Assembly: GCA_003971905.1 (NCBI GenBank)
Contig: RSEE01000110.1
Span: 1-64,000 of the forward strand
DNA from: Moniliella sp. 'wahieum'
Lineage: Eukaryota
DNA length: 64,000 bases
Direction: 5' to 3'
In this document: positions 1 to 14,127 of the stretch, in pieces
Numbering within the stretch: the first letter of the stretch is position 1
Layout: every line of letters begins with the position of its first letter
The notes under the pieces: generated by a model
What the model saw: only the letters and a program-made list of their open reading frames with translations
The model's database searches: none
Told to the model about the DNA's origin: nothing
Program-made: the position numbers and the translations under genes

Positions 1-429
1 GGGACGGGACGGCAGATGCCGCCACGGCACTGGAAGCTCGGTTGCCTTATTTAGGCCGGCCCACTTGGACTTGGGCGGGGGGCGACTATTGTCGCACGGA
101 GCATGGCCCTTCGGCCACGATACTTAATTTAGCCAACCATCATCACACTCGGTTGGCCTGCGGAGCACGCTCTACTGGGCATGTGCGGAGCAAGCGGGCC
201 TTAGCTTCGGTCGGACCATCTCGAGTCCGCCGCAGCCCGTGACAGGAGGTGGCCGACTCCTGGCAAACGGGTTGAAGCACAATGCATGAAGCCGAGAGCG
301 GAAGGCGGGCTCATCGCTCACACTTCTAAATAACCCTCACAAAGTGTCTCACTGACCATAGAGAAGAAGGGCTAACGGGACCGGTCCTGCTGTGTAACGG
401 GGAACAATCACAACAACAACCAAAATACC

Positions 430-1777
430 ATACCTAAAAGCCCAATCGCTGCTGGAAAGCCAGATCCTTGATCAGCTCTTCCCCCGAGCGAGACTTGGGT
501 TGTTTCTTGGCTTTGGGCCTCGATCCGAGGCCAGGCCGTTCATGCGAAGAGCAAGTCGAGCCGGAGGAAAGGGCAGAGGGGGACGATGGATGCATCACTG
601 AAGAGCAACTCTTGATGGGCTTATGGAGTGCGCCACAGCCGATGCGGGAGGAGGAGGGTTGGCTCGCAAGGCCGAGGCTACCTTGTGGTGAGTATCCTGC
701 TCCTTTATATCGCCCACTTGCTGAGACGGCTGACCAAGAAAAGTGCTGCCGAAGTGCTGCCGAGGAACATACCGTGGGCGAGGGCGCCGGCGATAAGGGA
801 GAGAAAGGCCGCGTCCGTAGCTACCAGGGAGAACGTGTAGCCGTAGGTGTCGGCCGGCTGGAGAAAGCAGGCTGGCTCTTTCGTCCATTCCGTCGTCGAC
901 ATTCGAGTCATGGTACGATCCTGAGCCCAAGATGTTCCAAAAGTGGTTCCTCGTCGGTCCACCACCTCTGGCTTCCATGCCTTCTTCATCTCCCGTCTCC
1001 ATTCTCGACCCTTCTCGCCTATCCTGTCTGACCCCTGCCGTTTTCCAGCCAATTGATCCAGTGCAGGCAGCCTCCTCTTTTGTTTGCTCCCACCTCCTCT
1101 TCCGACCTCGTCCTCCAGGTCTCCATCCGTCCAGTCAAGCGAGCCTTCCTTCCACCGCGCCGGTTCCCCGTACCAGCTCCTCGCGTTTGGGTTTCGGTCC
1201 ACAGCCACGTCGACAGCCGTGCCTGTCCACAGTCTCAGTTCTGGCAGTGTTTGTCCGCCTCCTCCCTGGAGGATTCAGACACGTTTTTACTATGGCACAA
1301 GCAGGTGGATGTGCGGATCTGTAACACATGGGCCGCCTCGGCTTCGTGCCCAAATTAAGGAGCCTCCCCTCGTCCCTAGCTCCGCTCGGATCCACTAGCT
1401 AGCCCAAGCGCGAAACTACCGTGAATCGACCTACTGTCTCCTAAGAGCTTGTACCCCATAAACCCTGGGCGAGCTCCCTGGCGGGGCCGGCCCATGACAG
1501 AGAGGTGGGGAGAAGACGGAGTGTTGGGGAGTATCACATGAGGGCCAAAGTTAGCCGCTAGGCCATTGAATGGTCGCGTAGAGACCGCTGGTGTTGGTTT
1601 GGGACGAGGCATACGGGCAGTGTGCATGCGGTGGCTCGGGGCGCAGTGCGCAAGCCACCCCTTCCGCACGGGGCCACTCTTGTTGCTGTTGCCCTCACTG
1701 GCTCCCCCATGGCCACGAGACCCCAAGGTGGGTCTGGGATGTCCGATGCCAGAGCATCTTGGCCAGCCATTCGTCAT
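430..1777 (-). CDS. Hypothetical protein with a possible membrane segment; frameshifted, may continue toward the window start
   Basis: Overlapping minus-strand ORF pieces (1376-1777, 705-1208, 595-1002) with a hydrophobic stretch AAFLSLIAGALAHGMFLGSTSAALFLV and a donor-like AG|GTATGG near 433; no family recognised. Confidence 0.3.
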
Positions 1778-2151
1778 CCGTCCTCCTATATATCCCTTTG
1801 CAGTTCAACATACTCAGGGATGCACATGAGCAGTGCGACGTCTACTCACTACGCACTCCACTCCAACGACGGGCAGTCCCCCGTAAACGTACTAAACGCC
1901 TGCTCAGGCTGAGCCGTCAGCGCATCAGCACAGCGACATTAACGCAAAGCACGCAGTCGCCCTTTCACGCGTGTTAGGGTTCGCCCTGGCCTACTCGATT
2001 TCAATCTTCAACCTCCGATCAGCGGCTCAGCGCTGACGCTCAGCCCGAGCGCTCAGCCTGAGCCGCTCGGCCAGAGAGAGCGTCGCCTCTGTCCATCCAT
2101 CCCTCTCTCCTGCCGCCGCCCCCATCCCACCTGCGCATCCCCGCACGACCC

Positions 2152-3020
<869 letters not shown>

Positions 3021-3701
3021 GACTTCTTTCTCTGATCCAAGTTCTTTAGAGGTGTCGACATTTTGGCCGGCGCATGGAGGGAGGAGGGGGAAGGAGAAGG
3101 GGGAAACGGGTGTATGTGTCTATGCTTGCCACCGAATTCGATGTCGGGTCCACCAGATGTACTATGCCTAGCTGTTTTTGTCTGTACAACTCAGCCAAGA
3201 GACTGGAGATAGAGGTGAGGAGAGGTGGCTGCCATCCAACATTGGGCATTATGCATCGTGGGTTTGTCCCTGGCTACGCATGATGTGCTTTGGTACCATA
3301 TGGACAGAGAGGTGGGAGGTGTGGGGCCTCTGTTTCGGGCGGTGGAAGCCAACAGCCGATTGACCGCCGACTGAGATGACCGATGAAGATAGGGCGGGCT
3401 GACGTTGACGCCCCTGACGAAGTAACGCAAGGCCATGCTTCAATCCCACGCCACGGACCGGTGATAAATCCTGGCGGGCCGGCGGTGTCCGTTTCATGCG
3501 GCTCACGTGACGCATGACGCGTGGTTACGCAAGCGAGCGGGCGCAGATGACAATATCATTTATTTTTTGTGTCGCAGCTGTTCGATTTTTTTGAGCCGAG
3601 TTGGGCCATGTACGCTAGCGTTGCCCCTTCTAGTCCTGCCTTCGTTCCATCACCCCCATTGCTGCACTCAATACTCACTCCTTGCCGTGTGATACGTCAA
3701 A

Positions 3702-5126
3702 ATGGGCAAGAAGGACGTTACTTCCGCCGAGTAGGTAAAGGCCAAGGCCGACCAGAAGGAGGAGGCGAAGGCTGCCAAGAAGGCTGAGAAGAAAGCTGCC
3801 AAGGAAGCTGAGAGAAAGCTGCCAAGGAGGGGAGAAGGCAGAGAAGAAGGCTGCCAAGGAGGCGGATAAGGCGGAGAAGAAGGCTGCCAAGGAGGCTGCC
3901 AAGGAGGCGGAGAAGTAGAGAGAAGAAAGCTGCCAAAGAAGCTGCCAAGGCCGGGGCCAAGGCGAGCAAGAAGAGCGAAAAGGAGAGCAAGAAGGACAAG
4001 AAGGAGAGCAAGAAGGACTTGCCCAAGTCCGACGAGGACTCTGACTCTGGATCGGACGAGGAGAAGAACGCAGTTACATTTACCTCTGCCTCTGCTGTCC
4101 CCAAGTCGGAGCAGGCCAAGGCAACATCCCCCTCGTCCAACGCTGAGTCCTCTTCGGACAGCTCCGACTCGGATTCGGACGCGACGTCGGCTTCTTCTTC
4201 GGACGAGTCTGAGTCGAAGAACCGCAAGCGCAAGGCTGAGGACGACACCGACGGACATGAAAGCAGTAGCAAAGCAGTCAAGCTGACCGAGACCGATTCG
4301 CCTGCTGCGCATCCCAGTTCTGACCAAGAGACGAACCGAAGAACATCTACGTGGGTCAACTGTCGTGGAACATCGACGACGAGTGGCTTGCTAGTATCTT
4401 TGCTGATGTGGGTACGGTGCAGTCGGCTCGGGTGCAAGTGGATCGCGACTCGCAACGGTCGCGAGGGTTGGATTTGTTGAGTTTGCCTCGGCATCCGAAG
4501 CCAAGAAGGCCGTAGAGACGTTGCAAGGGCACGAGGTCGACGGTCGTGCGATCCGGCTGGAACTAGCTACGCCCCGCGCACCTCGGGATGCGAACCAAAA
4601 CCAAGCGCGTGGGGCGGCGGGACCAGCGGCGCCCCGCCTCCGACCCTTCTCCCACTTTGTTTGTCGGTGGCTTGGCTTTCGCTGCGGAGGAAAACGATTT
4701 GCGGGCCGCGTTTGGCGAACATGGGTCGGTGAGCGTACGTTTGCCGACCGACATCAACACGGGCCAGCCCAAGGGATTTGCATACGTTGAGTTTGCTTCG
4801 GTCGACGAGGCGACCTCTGCTTGAACGCGTTGAATGGGGCTGAGATCAAAGGCCGAGCCATTCGCTTGGACTATGCACCTCCTCGCGACCGCGACGGAGG
4901 CAACGGTGGTGGACGGGGTGGCTTTGGCGGTGGCGGACGTGGTGGCGGACGTGGTGGGTTTGGTGGTCGTGGTGGGGGACGTGGCGGTGGACGGGGAGGG
5001 TTCGGTGGCCGTGGAGGGTTTGGTGGGGGGGGTCGTGGCGGGTTCCAGGCGAGTGACAATGGGTGGGCTCGTCGGTCTGGAGCAGCTGCGCCGGCGGCAG
5101 GCAAGAAGATGACATTTGACGACTAA
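3702..5126 (+). CDS. NSR1: Nucleolin-like protein (Nsr1/Gar2): K/E/A repeats, Ser/acidic tract, two RRMs, RGG tail
   Basis: RRM motifs IYVGQLSWNIDDEWL and TLFVGGLAF...KGFAYVEF; GGRGG repeats; C-terminal GKKMTFDD*; several frameshifts and one in-frame TAG. Confidence 0.9.
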
Positions 5127-6168
5127 AAAGTACCGCAACACCTGCGTACTACAGTGAACTCTGCATGGTCTACGTGCGTTTCACTTGTTTTCCAGTTCCA
5201 TTTTACTACTCTAAAATGCGTCCGGAGCTTCGTCTCTCGTCTTTCCCATTGTCCGACCGCCCTTTGCATCTAGCCCCCCTTGGCCCATTTTTCACTTCCC
5301 ACATTCTAGTTCAGGGACGATTCGCATACAATGAATCTACTGGGCATCTCCCGCCTCCCCGAAAAGAACCCACTTCTGCCTTGGTTCGCAGTGAACGTTG
5401 AATGTGATGAACACATTCATTGCACTTGGCACGAGCTCACGATTCTGAGCCGGACTTATTGCCATGTAGAAGATAGAGACGATGCTTCTTGAACGTCGCC
5501 AACGCCGAGATTGTCCTTTTTGTGCCAGCACGGTATCGTCTCGAGAGAGCGGGGCTATCTATAACTTATCTGCCATGAGAGGAGTGTGCCAAGTGCACAC
5601 ATACTACCCGAACTGCCGGTCTGAGGATCTCACGCCTCCAGCTTCAATCAGACTCACTAACGCACTGGGGCCCACTAGAGCGAGCTTGAGCTTTGACGAG
5701 TTTGATGGCCCCATGGGCCTTGGGCGGGCCATGGAGCAAAAGGCTGCTCGGGGTAAATAAATAAATCGAACGCGGAAACGCCGCTGCCAGCCGCGATCCG
5801 CGACGAAACCGCCGCGGCGGGAAGGGGACGGGAGGGTGGCGTGGGCGGGGGCGCGGGGTAATTGATTTGCCTGGCCGAGCGCTGATTAGGTTGGGGCTGG
5901 GCCTGGCGCGGCGCGGCGCTGGCCAGCCTTTGCGTCCAATCAGCAACCATAATCACCGCTCATCCATCCCCACGCCGCCGCTCCTCGGCGCACTGATACG
6001 TGCAAGCATGTCCAGCAGGACAGAATCGTACCTGCGCTACCAGACGCAGTCGGTCGCATAAAAGGAGGAGCGGGGGAGCGTCTCTCTTGGTCTTTCTCCC
6101 CCATATCCCCAACCCGCTTTTCCTTCTCCCCCCCACCAGTTTCTGGTCCATTTTACATCTCTGCTCCC

Positions 6169-7314
6169 ATGGCATCCAAGCAACCCATTCCTGGCGGCGC
6201 CTACGTCCCCATCCTGACCCCCTTTGACGCCGAGGCGCAAGTGGACGTTGCTGCGCTCAAGCAGCTCGTCGCGCGCATTGCCCAAGCCGGGTGCGGGCTT
6301 GTGCTGCAAGGCACGAACGGGGAAGCAGCGCACCTAAGCCGTGCGGAGCGGTCGTTGATTACGCAAACGGTGCGCGCGAGCGTCGGTGCGTCGGTCCCGA
6401 TTGTGGTGGGTACCGGGGGGGGTCGTTGCAGGAGACCAGTTCGTTTTGCCAAGACGCTGCGAAGGACGGGGCAGATGCGGTATTGGTCTTGACGCCGCCG
6501 CATTTTGCCGGTGCGATGTTGCAGGATCCGCAGGCGTTGGTGACGTTCCACAAGGCCGTGGCGGATGCGTCTCCGCTGCCCGTGCTCGTCTACAACTTCC
6601 CGGTGCATCGGCGGGAATTGACTTGAACAGCGACGCATTGATTGAGATTGCTCAGCATCCGAACATTGTCGGAGCCAAGGTACGTGCTATCTCATTCCTG
6701 ATTGGGTGCGGCGGGGTGCCTGGGTGCTGGGAGACAGTGGTGGCTATGTGCAAAAGGCGAAGTGAAGCGAAGCAAAACATTGGACTATCTACTGACTTCC
6801 TTTTTCCACACTTGTTTTGGTGCGCTTTGGCATTCTACAGCTTACCTGTGGGCAAGTGGGCAAAGGACAGCGAGTTGTGACGGCGCTGAAAAAGCGCGGT
6901 GCACCATTCCACGTCTGGCCTGGCTTTGCCGACATTGTCCTTCCGGCTACGTGGTGGGGATGGACGGAGTGATCGCGGGAACGGGCAACGTTGCCTTACA
7001 CCCTTGCCAAACTCTGTACCTTATCCGCCCAAGCTGCGGCGGGGGACAGCGCGGCGCTTGCTGAAGCGCAGCGCCTCCAAGCTCTTGTCGCCGAGGCGGA
7101 TTGGGCGTGTGCTAAAACAGGCATCCCAGGCACCAATGGGCCACCAGCCATGTGTGGGGGATTGACTTGGGCGCGCCGCGTCAACCTCTCCAGCCCTTGG
7201 CAGAGGAGAAGAAGGTTTACCTCCGCACTGCGCTCAAGGAGGCTGTTGCGTTCGAGGCCCAACTGGCCCACGAGGCCGGGTCCAAGTGGACGCCGACGCT
7301 ATAGCGGTAAGTAG
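6169..7314 (+). CDS. DHDPS/NAL-family class I aldolase (DapA-like)
   Basis: GAYVPILTPF, GLVLQGTNGEA, PVLVYNFP, HPNIVGAK (Schiff-base Lys); intron ~6680-6840; frameshifts. Confidence 0.88.
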
Positions 7315-7548
7315 CGTTTCAGTTCTCTATCGAAAGTACCGCGATCAATGCAGCAAATGTCATCCATGTCTCATGTCAAAGGCACAAGGAGTAAGCGCGG
7401 GCAGGATATAGGAAAAAGAAACTAGTTCACACCCCGCGAGCAAAATGGGGGAGTCGCCTGAGCGAAGAAGAAAGGAGGTGGAACGAGTTGGAATGAGGTA
7501 GGACGAGGGAGAACAAGAGTGAACGAGGAAAACAAGAGAGAACAAGGG

Positions 7549-10500
7549 CTAACGAGGTAGAACAAGGGAGAACGAGGGAAGAGCTACCGCGGGGGGTAGA
7601 AGCGCGCGGGGGCGGATCGGCCGAATCAAACCCGTAGACCGACGAAACAGTTGAGTCGGTGTTAAGCATTTCCGGGTGCTGGAGAACACGAGCCATGACT
7701 GAGTCGATGCCAATGCCGCTGAGGTGAACCGTTGTGTCCTCCTGGACGCCTCGCCTCCGCCGACGCAGACGCCGATGCAGGTCGGGGCGGGGAGGGGTGG
7801 TAGGGCAACGAGTCTTTGCGCGCCTGGACAAACGCGCTGACATACGCCGGGACAAAGCGGGTTCCTGGTCCGGGTGTGGGTGCGGGTAGACAGGGTATGC
7901 GGATTGAGCGAGGGTCGAATGGGCGTGGGGGAGCGGGGGAGCTGGTGGAGCCTGCGGCGGAACGGGAGGGGAAAAGTAGGGTGGAAACGGCAGGTGAAGT
8001 GGGCGTAAAGGGAATTCGTCGGAAAGAGCAGGCCAAGGCGAACCGTTCCTCGTCGGCATCTGAAAACCGGCCATCGTCCAGGGAAGCTCGTTGGAAAGAC
8101 CAGGGGTCGAACCAATACCAAACGAGTCGTCCTGTGGTTCAGGCAAGGGCACTTGATGTGCCTCCAGAGCCGTGGCACTGTGCCGCCGGTCTGAAGCGAC
8201 GGTGAGCTGGCTCCCAGGCCTCCGTGGGCGCGAAGGGGAAACGTACGACTGGGGGGGAAATACGGGGGCCAAATGTCCCTGGGGGCCTACTTGTCCCCCT
8301 GCCAAAGCGGTGGCGATAGCTGCTGCAGCACTAGGTGGGGTACGGGAGCGCACATGATTCCGTCCCACATGCTTGTACAAGTTGTACCCGCCCTCGACTG
8401 AGTTGGACGGGCTAGAGCTGGACGGGATCAAGTCGTCATCATCTTGGTGTTGGTGTGGTGTGGGTGTGGGCGATGAACAAGCTCTTCGTGGCCAAGGCTG
8501 TACCGTCAATTCCCGCTTGCAATCCCGGGTCGAACGGGGCGAGATGGGCAAGAGGTCAGCTTGGCTCGCAGCCAGCGGGGGGGAGGCAAACCAGTACTCT
8601 TTCCTCCTTCGGGACCGACAAATTTCCATCCACTTCCATCGTTGTGCCAAAACCCAGTATGCGCCGCCGCATGCACAAATCGGCATCCAACTCGTCATCC
8701 GACAATCCATCTCCTCATCCTCGCTTCTCCCTCGCGCTCTTCCTCGCCCTCACTTCCGTACTCTCCGCCCGGAGTAGCAGACAAGAACAACTTGGCCCGA
8801 AACAGAGGTGCGCAGACCTGCACCGCGGTGCGAAGCGCCGCTCGAGATGGGTCGGCGATAAGATGCACCACTAGAGGTGGGAATCATTTTGCGCGCTGTG
8901 TTGGCTACTGTTGTGGGCACCGTATTGGAACTAGCTACTGACCGGGCCAGCTCGATAGGCGGTGCCCCCTGACCTAGTACGTCGGGTACGGTGGGGTTGT
9001 GGGACACGGAGGAGGAAGTAGGTCGGGAGGGGGTGCGAAGGGAGGTGGCCGTATTGGCGCGGGAACGTGGTCGTCGATGGAAGGAAAAGCGCTGCAAGCG
9101 TGAACGTACTGACGTAGTAGGCGAACCAGCACGGTCCGGTTCCCCCTGTCCCTGAGGTGTAGTCCCACTTGTAGTGCGGGCGAGGGTGGGCGTATAAGAA
9201 CGGGAGAGGATCTGGGCAGCGGCAGTCAACGAGGGTGCGGGGGAAGACTCGCACCTTCCGCCTGTCGTACCATCTAGGACACCCGCACCCGTTTCGTCCG
9301 CATTGTCCTGAATGCGGGGGTAGCGGGGCATATCGTGGATCGAAGGCAATCGGCGGAAGAACTTGCAATACTGCCGGCGCTCGGGTGGGAGCCATGGCCA
9401 GTCGCTACACTTTTTCGGACGACGAACGGTGGAAAGAGGCAGGGCGACCATCGCCATGCGACGTGGACGCTATACTGTTCGACCGGCCGTAGCTCGAAGG
9501 CGGCGGAACGGGGGGATGTCAATGGCGCTGCCTGCATGGCCGGCGGACATGCGCGAACGAAGCGAGGTAGTACTTTTCTGGCGTCGCAGTCTGAGCCGAC
9601 TAGGAAGAAACGAAGGCAAGTGACGCTGTTTGGTATTCGGGGGCAAGGGCGGTGCTGCTCCTCCGCTGTTCGAGGGTGTGGTAAGAGGACGGTAGTAGCG
9701 AGCGTATCGGCTGCGCTGGCAGTACTGGGCGTGACAAGGTTTGTAGAAGGGGGGTCGGCCAGCAAGTCGGGCACGGCAGGGGAGGGAAAATGAGGTTGGA
9801 CCGTTGCACGTCGCTGAGTACTGGGACGGACGGCGGGGACTGAGACTGGGTCTAGGTCACGATCAGGGATAGGGATGGAAGGGTGGCGGTCCAGCGCCAT
9901 GGCCGATGACGGCCGAAGAGATGCTGGGCGCGTACTTGTTTCCGAACCGGCTGGGTTGGTATCGGAGAGGGGTTGCGAGTCGCGCCCCCGTATCCTCTGA
10001 TCCCCATGGCCACTGTCGAGGGGAGCACTGAGAGCCGACATGGGTCGTGGGTGGGAAAAGATCTGGGCAAGGGAGGGACGCGCGTGGGTCCTGTGCCTTC
10101 CGAAGCAGGGGTGGTAAGCGGGAGCGAAGCAAACAAGTCTCTCCTGGGCGGGGGGCGCATCTCACTGTTGGCACCGACCGTTTGGGAGAGATGATGGGTG
10201 GCGGGGGTAGACCGTGGGGGGGGCGGGAGGTGGAAGAAGGATGATCGGAAGGGGTTGAGAAGGATTCGCGTCGATGGATCCGAGCTCGTACGCGACTCAC
10301 TTGGTTGCGTACACGGTTGCCTAAGTTGCTCCCCCCCGTATGGGACTCGGATCGTCGTCGTGTTCCCATTACTAGGGGTGTTGGGGAGTGGGCATTCTCG
10401 GAAGAAGATGGGCGGAAGCGGTGTGATGCTTGGCAAAGCTAAAGCCCATCAGTCCACCGGAGCGAGGCTTTTTGATCTGATTGGCCACTGTGGCATCAGG

Positions 10501-12239
10501 TACATCAGTGTAGTACACAGGCACGTATGGCCCCAGTTCGGGATCGTAGCATCAAGCCAGGCTTGTGGGTTGGACAGGCCCTTGGTAGTCCAAGGACTGG
10601 CCTTGACCGTCTCCAAGGCGGAACGAGACCCCGGATCTTTCTCCAGAGTGCCATCCAACAGCGCACGGAGCGCAGTCGCGTCCGAGTCCAGTTGATCCAG
10701 CGCTACATCGGGCTCGGCCAAGTGCGAATCCAAAGGGAATGTAGACGAAGCTGAAGGGAGGATCATGGACCGACCGCCGTCAGCTTGGAAAAATCGGCTG
10801 ATGGAGGAACTCATCTCTTGGTCGTGCACTGTGGCCTGCAACCGACCCGTGTCCCATCGCGGTGCGCGCGGACCGACCAGGACCTGGTCCGAGCCCATCG
10901 TGCGCGGCAAGGCATAGTCCGACCAAGGGATTACTGAAAACAGGGCAAACTCGCTGGGCGCATTGAACGGCAACGAGCCAAACAAGAGACAGTAGATCGT
11001 CACGCCAAAGGCCAGATATCAATTGCCTGGGTGATAACCCGACCGCCATGGGTGGGTGGGACGGGGGGTGGAGGCTGTCCCTCAGGCGGGGGTGTGCCCA
11101 GCTGTTGGCATTGTGCCGTCGTCAGTGGTTGTTCGCCCGACAAGCACAGTTCCGGCGCAAAAAACGCTGGGCTCCAGTGGTGTGAGCCAACTCGGTTTGG
11201 TCGCGCGCTTCGAGTTCGGCGTCGGTTTCTGCCTCGGTGTGACCAGTTGGCGAGAGGGGGCGAGACTGGGCATCGAGAGGAGCCTCTTCGCCTTCGAGGT
11301 ACTCGAGTGCCTGGCCGCGCCCGCGGCGAAAGAGCGGCAAGCTAAAGTGGCTGACGCCAAAGTCGGAGATCTTGACGTGGGTATGGGTTTGGTTCCAAAG
11401 CAGATTGGCGGGCTTAATGTCGCGGTGGATAATACCATTGTAGTGGAGGTACTGCAGGCCACACACCACGTCGCGAGTAATGTTGCGGACCGTGTCGACC
11501 GAGGAGCGGGCGAGCGTGCGTGTCTCTCCACTGCACCTCGCCTCCGGACATGTACTCGAGCACTTTGGGCGGCGGCAGGAAAGGTCAGCCAGCGATTCTT
11601 AACGGGCAGACCGACGCGCAGCGCAGAGGGCGCGCGCAGGACAAGAAGAAGAAGAAGCCGGGAGGAGGAGGCGTACCGAGGAAGATCTTTTTACTGAGGG
11701 GGTCATCAATGACCTCGAGCAGACGGACAATGTGGTCGCTGGCGCATTGCTTGAGGATGGCAATCTCACGGAGGACCTTGTCGTCGGTTGCGGCGGCAGC
11801 GTGGGAGTGGGAGGGGCGTGGGGTGCGGGGGAGGGGGCGAGGGCGGAGGTAAGCGCGGACGCGTGGCGCGGTCAACGATCTTGATGGCGACGGGTGGTCG
11901 GTGAGGGTGTCGGTGGCCTTGCGGACGAGTCCGTGCACGGCCGCCGAGCTAGGAGAGGACGAGGTAGGTTGAAATGGCGGCGGAGGGGGGGGTGTGGAGG
12001 GCGAGGGTGTGGGTCTCGCGCACGGCCGCGCGGGGGGGGGGCGGGGGGGGGCTGTGCGTGGCGGGGGGCATGGCCGGGAGCCAGAGGGCCAGGGCGCGCG
12101 GGCGGTGGGCAGCACGGCGGGCAGGGTGGGGTGAATGCGGGCGCGGGTGCGATGCTCGGCGGAGGTGGGTGTTACTGGCGGCGGGCTCTGCTTCGCTTCC
12201 CTCGGCCTCTGCCTCGGGCCATCCCCCAGGCAGGGCCAT
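7549..12239 (-). CDS. Ser/Thr kinase of the CaMKK/Sak1-Ssp1-Elm1 type with a long low-complexity C-terminal tail
   Basis: Across frames: VHGLVRKA...[19 protein letters not shown]...[22 protein letters not shown] (intron ~11563-11676), [51 protein letters not shown]; the S/P-rich tail below ~10450 may partly be a separate gene, so the 3' end is uncertain. Confidence 0.8.
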
Positions 12240-12329
12240 CCTCCGTGGCCTTTTCGCCACGCGCCCCGCACTAGGGTTGCACGCCTGCCTGCGCGTCTGC
12301 TAGGGTTGCGGCTACCTCCTCTGTTCCCC

Positions 12330-14127
12330 TACTATCCATCCATCCATCCAGTCACGCTACCAGACCGCACATGGGAGAGAATGCACGCTTCCCGCCGGGT
12401 AAGCTCGGCGGTAGTGGTGTTGGTCCACCAGTCGCGCAACTAGCCATGCTTGTCGTACAGGCGTCCCTGCGGGTCAAACGCATGGGTCAGTGACAGTTCG
12501 TGTCCGGCAGTCTGGCCAAACGCGCACCGTAGTTCATGTATAATCGGGCCAGCTAGCATCAAAGTACGGTGGCTGCAACAGGCCTGCCGGAACACGATTT
12601 CGTTGTCGGTCGGGTTGTAGTACGCATTGACCTCGGCTGGGAACATGTCCCACCGGGTGGGGTTGAGCGCACGGTCATTAATCATTGTACAGCCACTGGC
12701 GCAACTGCAAGCGTGTGGCCGAACGCAGCGCGTTGCCGAAAAAGTCGTCGGGCAAAACGAGCAGGTCGGTATAAACCCCAACCAGTGCCTGGGCATCGTC
12801 CGTGTCGGAGTACTTGTCCGGGTACCCATCAAATATGACTCCACTACCTCGTCTGACGTGCGCGACAACAAGTCGTCCAGCTTGTGAGGCCACTTGGGAT
12901 CGGTAAGGATATGACGACCCGAGGAGGCGGGTTGTGAGCGCACTAAAGTACGCGGTCCATTCGATGGATTTGAGCGCGGCCAAGAAGGTGGATAGGTTGA
13001 CGGGGTTTTGTAGAGCGCAATGAGGTCCACTTCGCCCTTCTCGTCCGACAAGGCAACCAAATCCGTTCGAACCCCCCACCGATTCGGCCACCTTGTTCGG
13101 TCCATCGTACGCCAACACCTCGAAAGTATCGCGGACCACATCGAGGTAATCACGCGGTCTTCCTCGTGCTCGTAATAACTCGCGTCAGGCAAGTCGAGAC
13201 CCGAAGTAGTCAAGGTCAGAGTGCCCAGCTGCGGGTTGTACCCCGAGTCCCCATCCACCGTCCATTCAAACAGCGCGGGCACGCCACGCGAATGGAGCCA
13301 CGTCAAAGTCCAAGTCGGACGGGCTTGACGCGACTGCGGTCCGCCCGGAGTAGGCGGGAGAACCCCCGGATCGCCCAAAGCGGGATGATTGATGGGCTTG
13401 CCGCGGCCGCATCAACCATAGCAAGCTGATCCGCTGACGAACGCGGTTCCATGTCCTTTTTGCCGTTGGCATTCTCCTTGCCCTTGCCCTTGCCCTTGCC
13501 CTTACCCGTACCCTTGTACTTGCCCTCGCCCTTAGCAAAGCGGGAAGTGACATTAGCCACTAGGTCCAAAAGCAGAGCGACGGCCTTAGTGTCCTGGGTA
13601 AGCGTGTGCATGCACGAGTCGTAGTAGGTGCGGAGCTTGACGAACGCCTGATTGTCCCAGATCGTCCCAGGTAAGTTTAGACGGGACGGAAGTCGGGACG
13701 TCTTGCAAGTATCTTACGTACCACCTCGGCATTGTGCGCCGCGACCCACTGTCCCACCACCAGACCAGCATCGTCCGGGACGGCTGGTCCGTATCGCGGA
13801 GCAAGTCGCTCGCAGCCAGAACGCAGAACGCAAGCCGGGGTGGTGCACACGTGCTCGATAGGAGGCGGCGGGGGCGGCAGCCACGGGTCAAGGTCGTCTG
13901 GCGGGAACGGCGGTGCTGGGGTGGGCGAAGGGGAAGGGGAAGGGGAAGGTGGCCCGGGCAGAGACGGGAGAGGTGGAGGGGTTGGACATGCCAACAAAGA
14001 GAGCCATAAATACGGAGGACAAGAGGAAGAGAAAGAGGGCGAGAGCGAGGATGAGATGACCAGGACCTTTGGACTTTTTCGAGCGGCCAGAGCTGATGCA
14101 TGATGCGGGGTAAGCTAGTGTGGCCAA
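12330..14127 (-). pseudogene. M13 (neprilysin/ECE-like) zinc peptidase, apparently damaged and truncated
   Basis: N-terminal TM helix, CTTPACVL, WDMFPAEVNAYYNPTDNEIVF, GHELSLTHAFDPQGRLYD, LRDWWT; in-frame TAG at 12440-12442; no ExxxD region found downstream; could instead be an assembly error in an intact gene. Confidence 0.65.
13476..13531 (-). repeat. (GGCAAG)n-like coding repeat giving a Gly-Lys run in the M13 gene
   Basis: ccttgcccttgcccttgcccttgcccttacccgtacccttg on +; translates GKGKGKGKGK. Confidence 0.8.
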
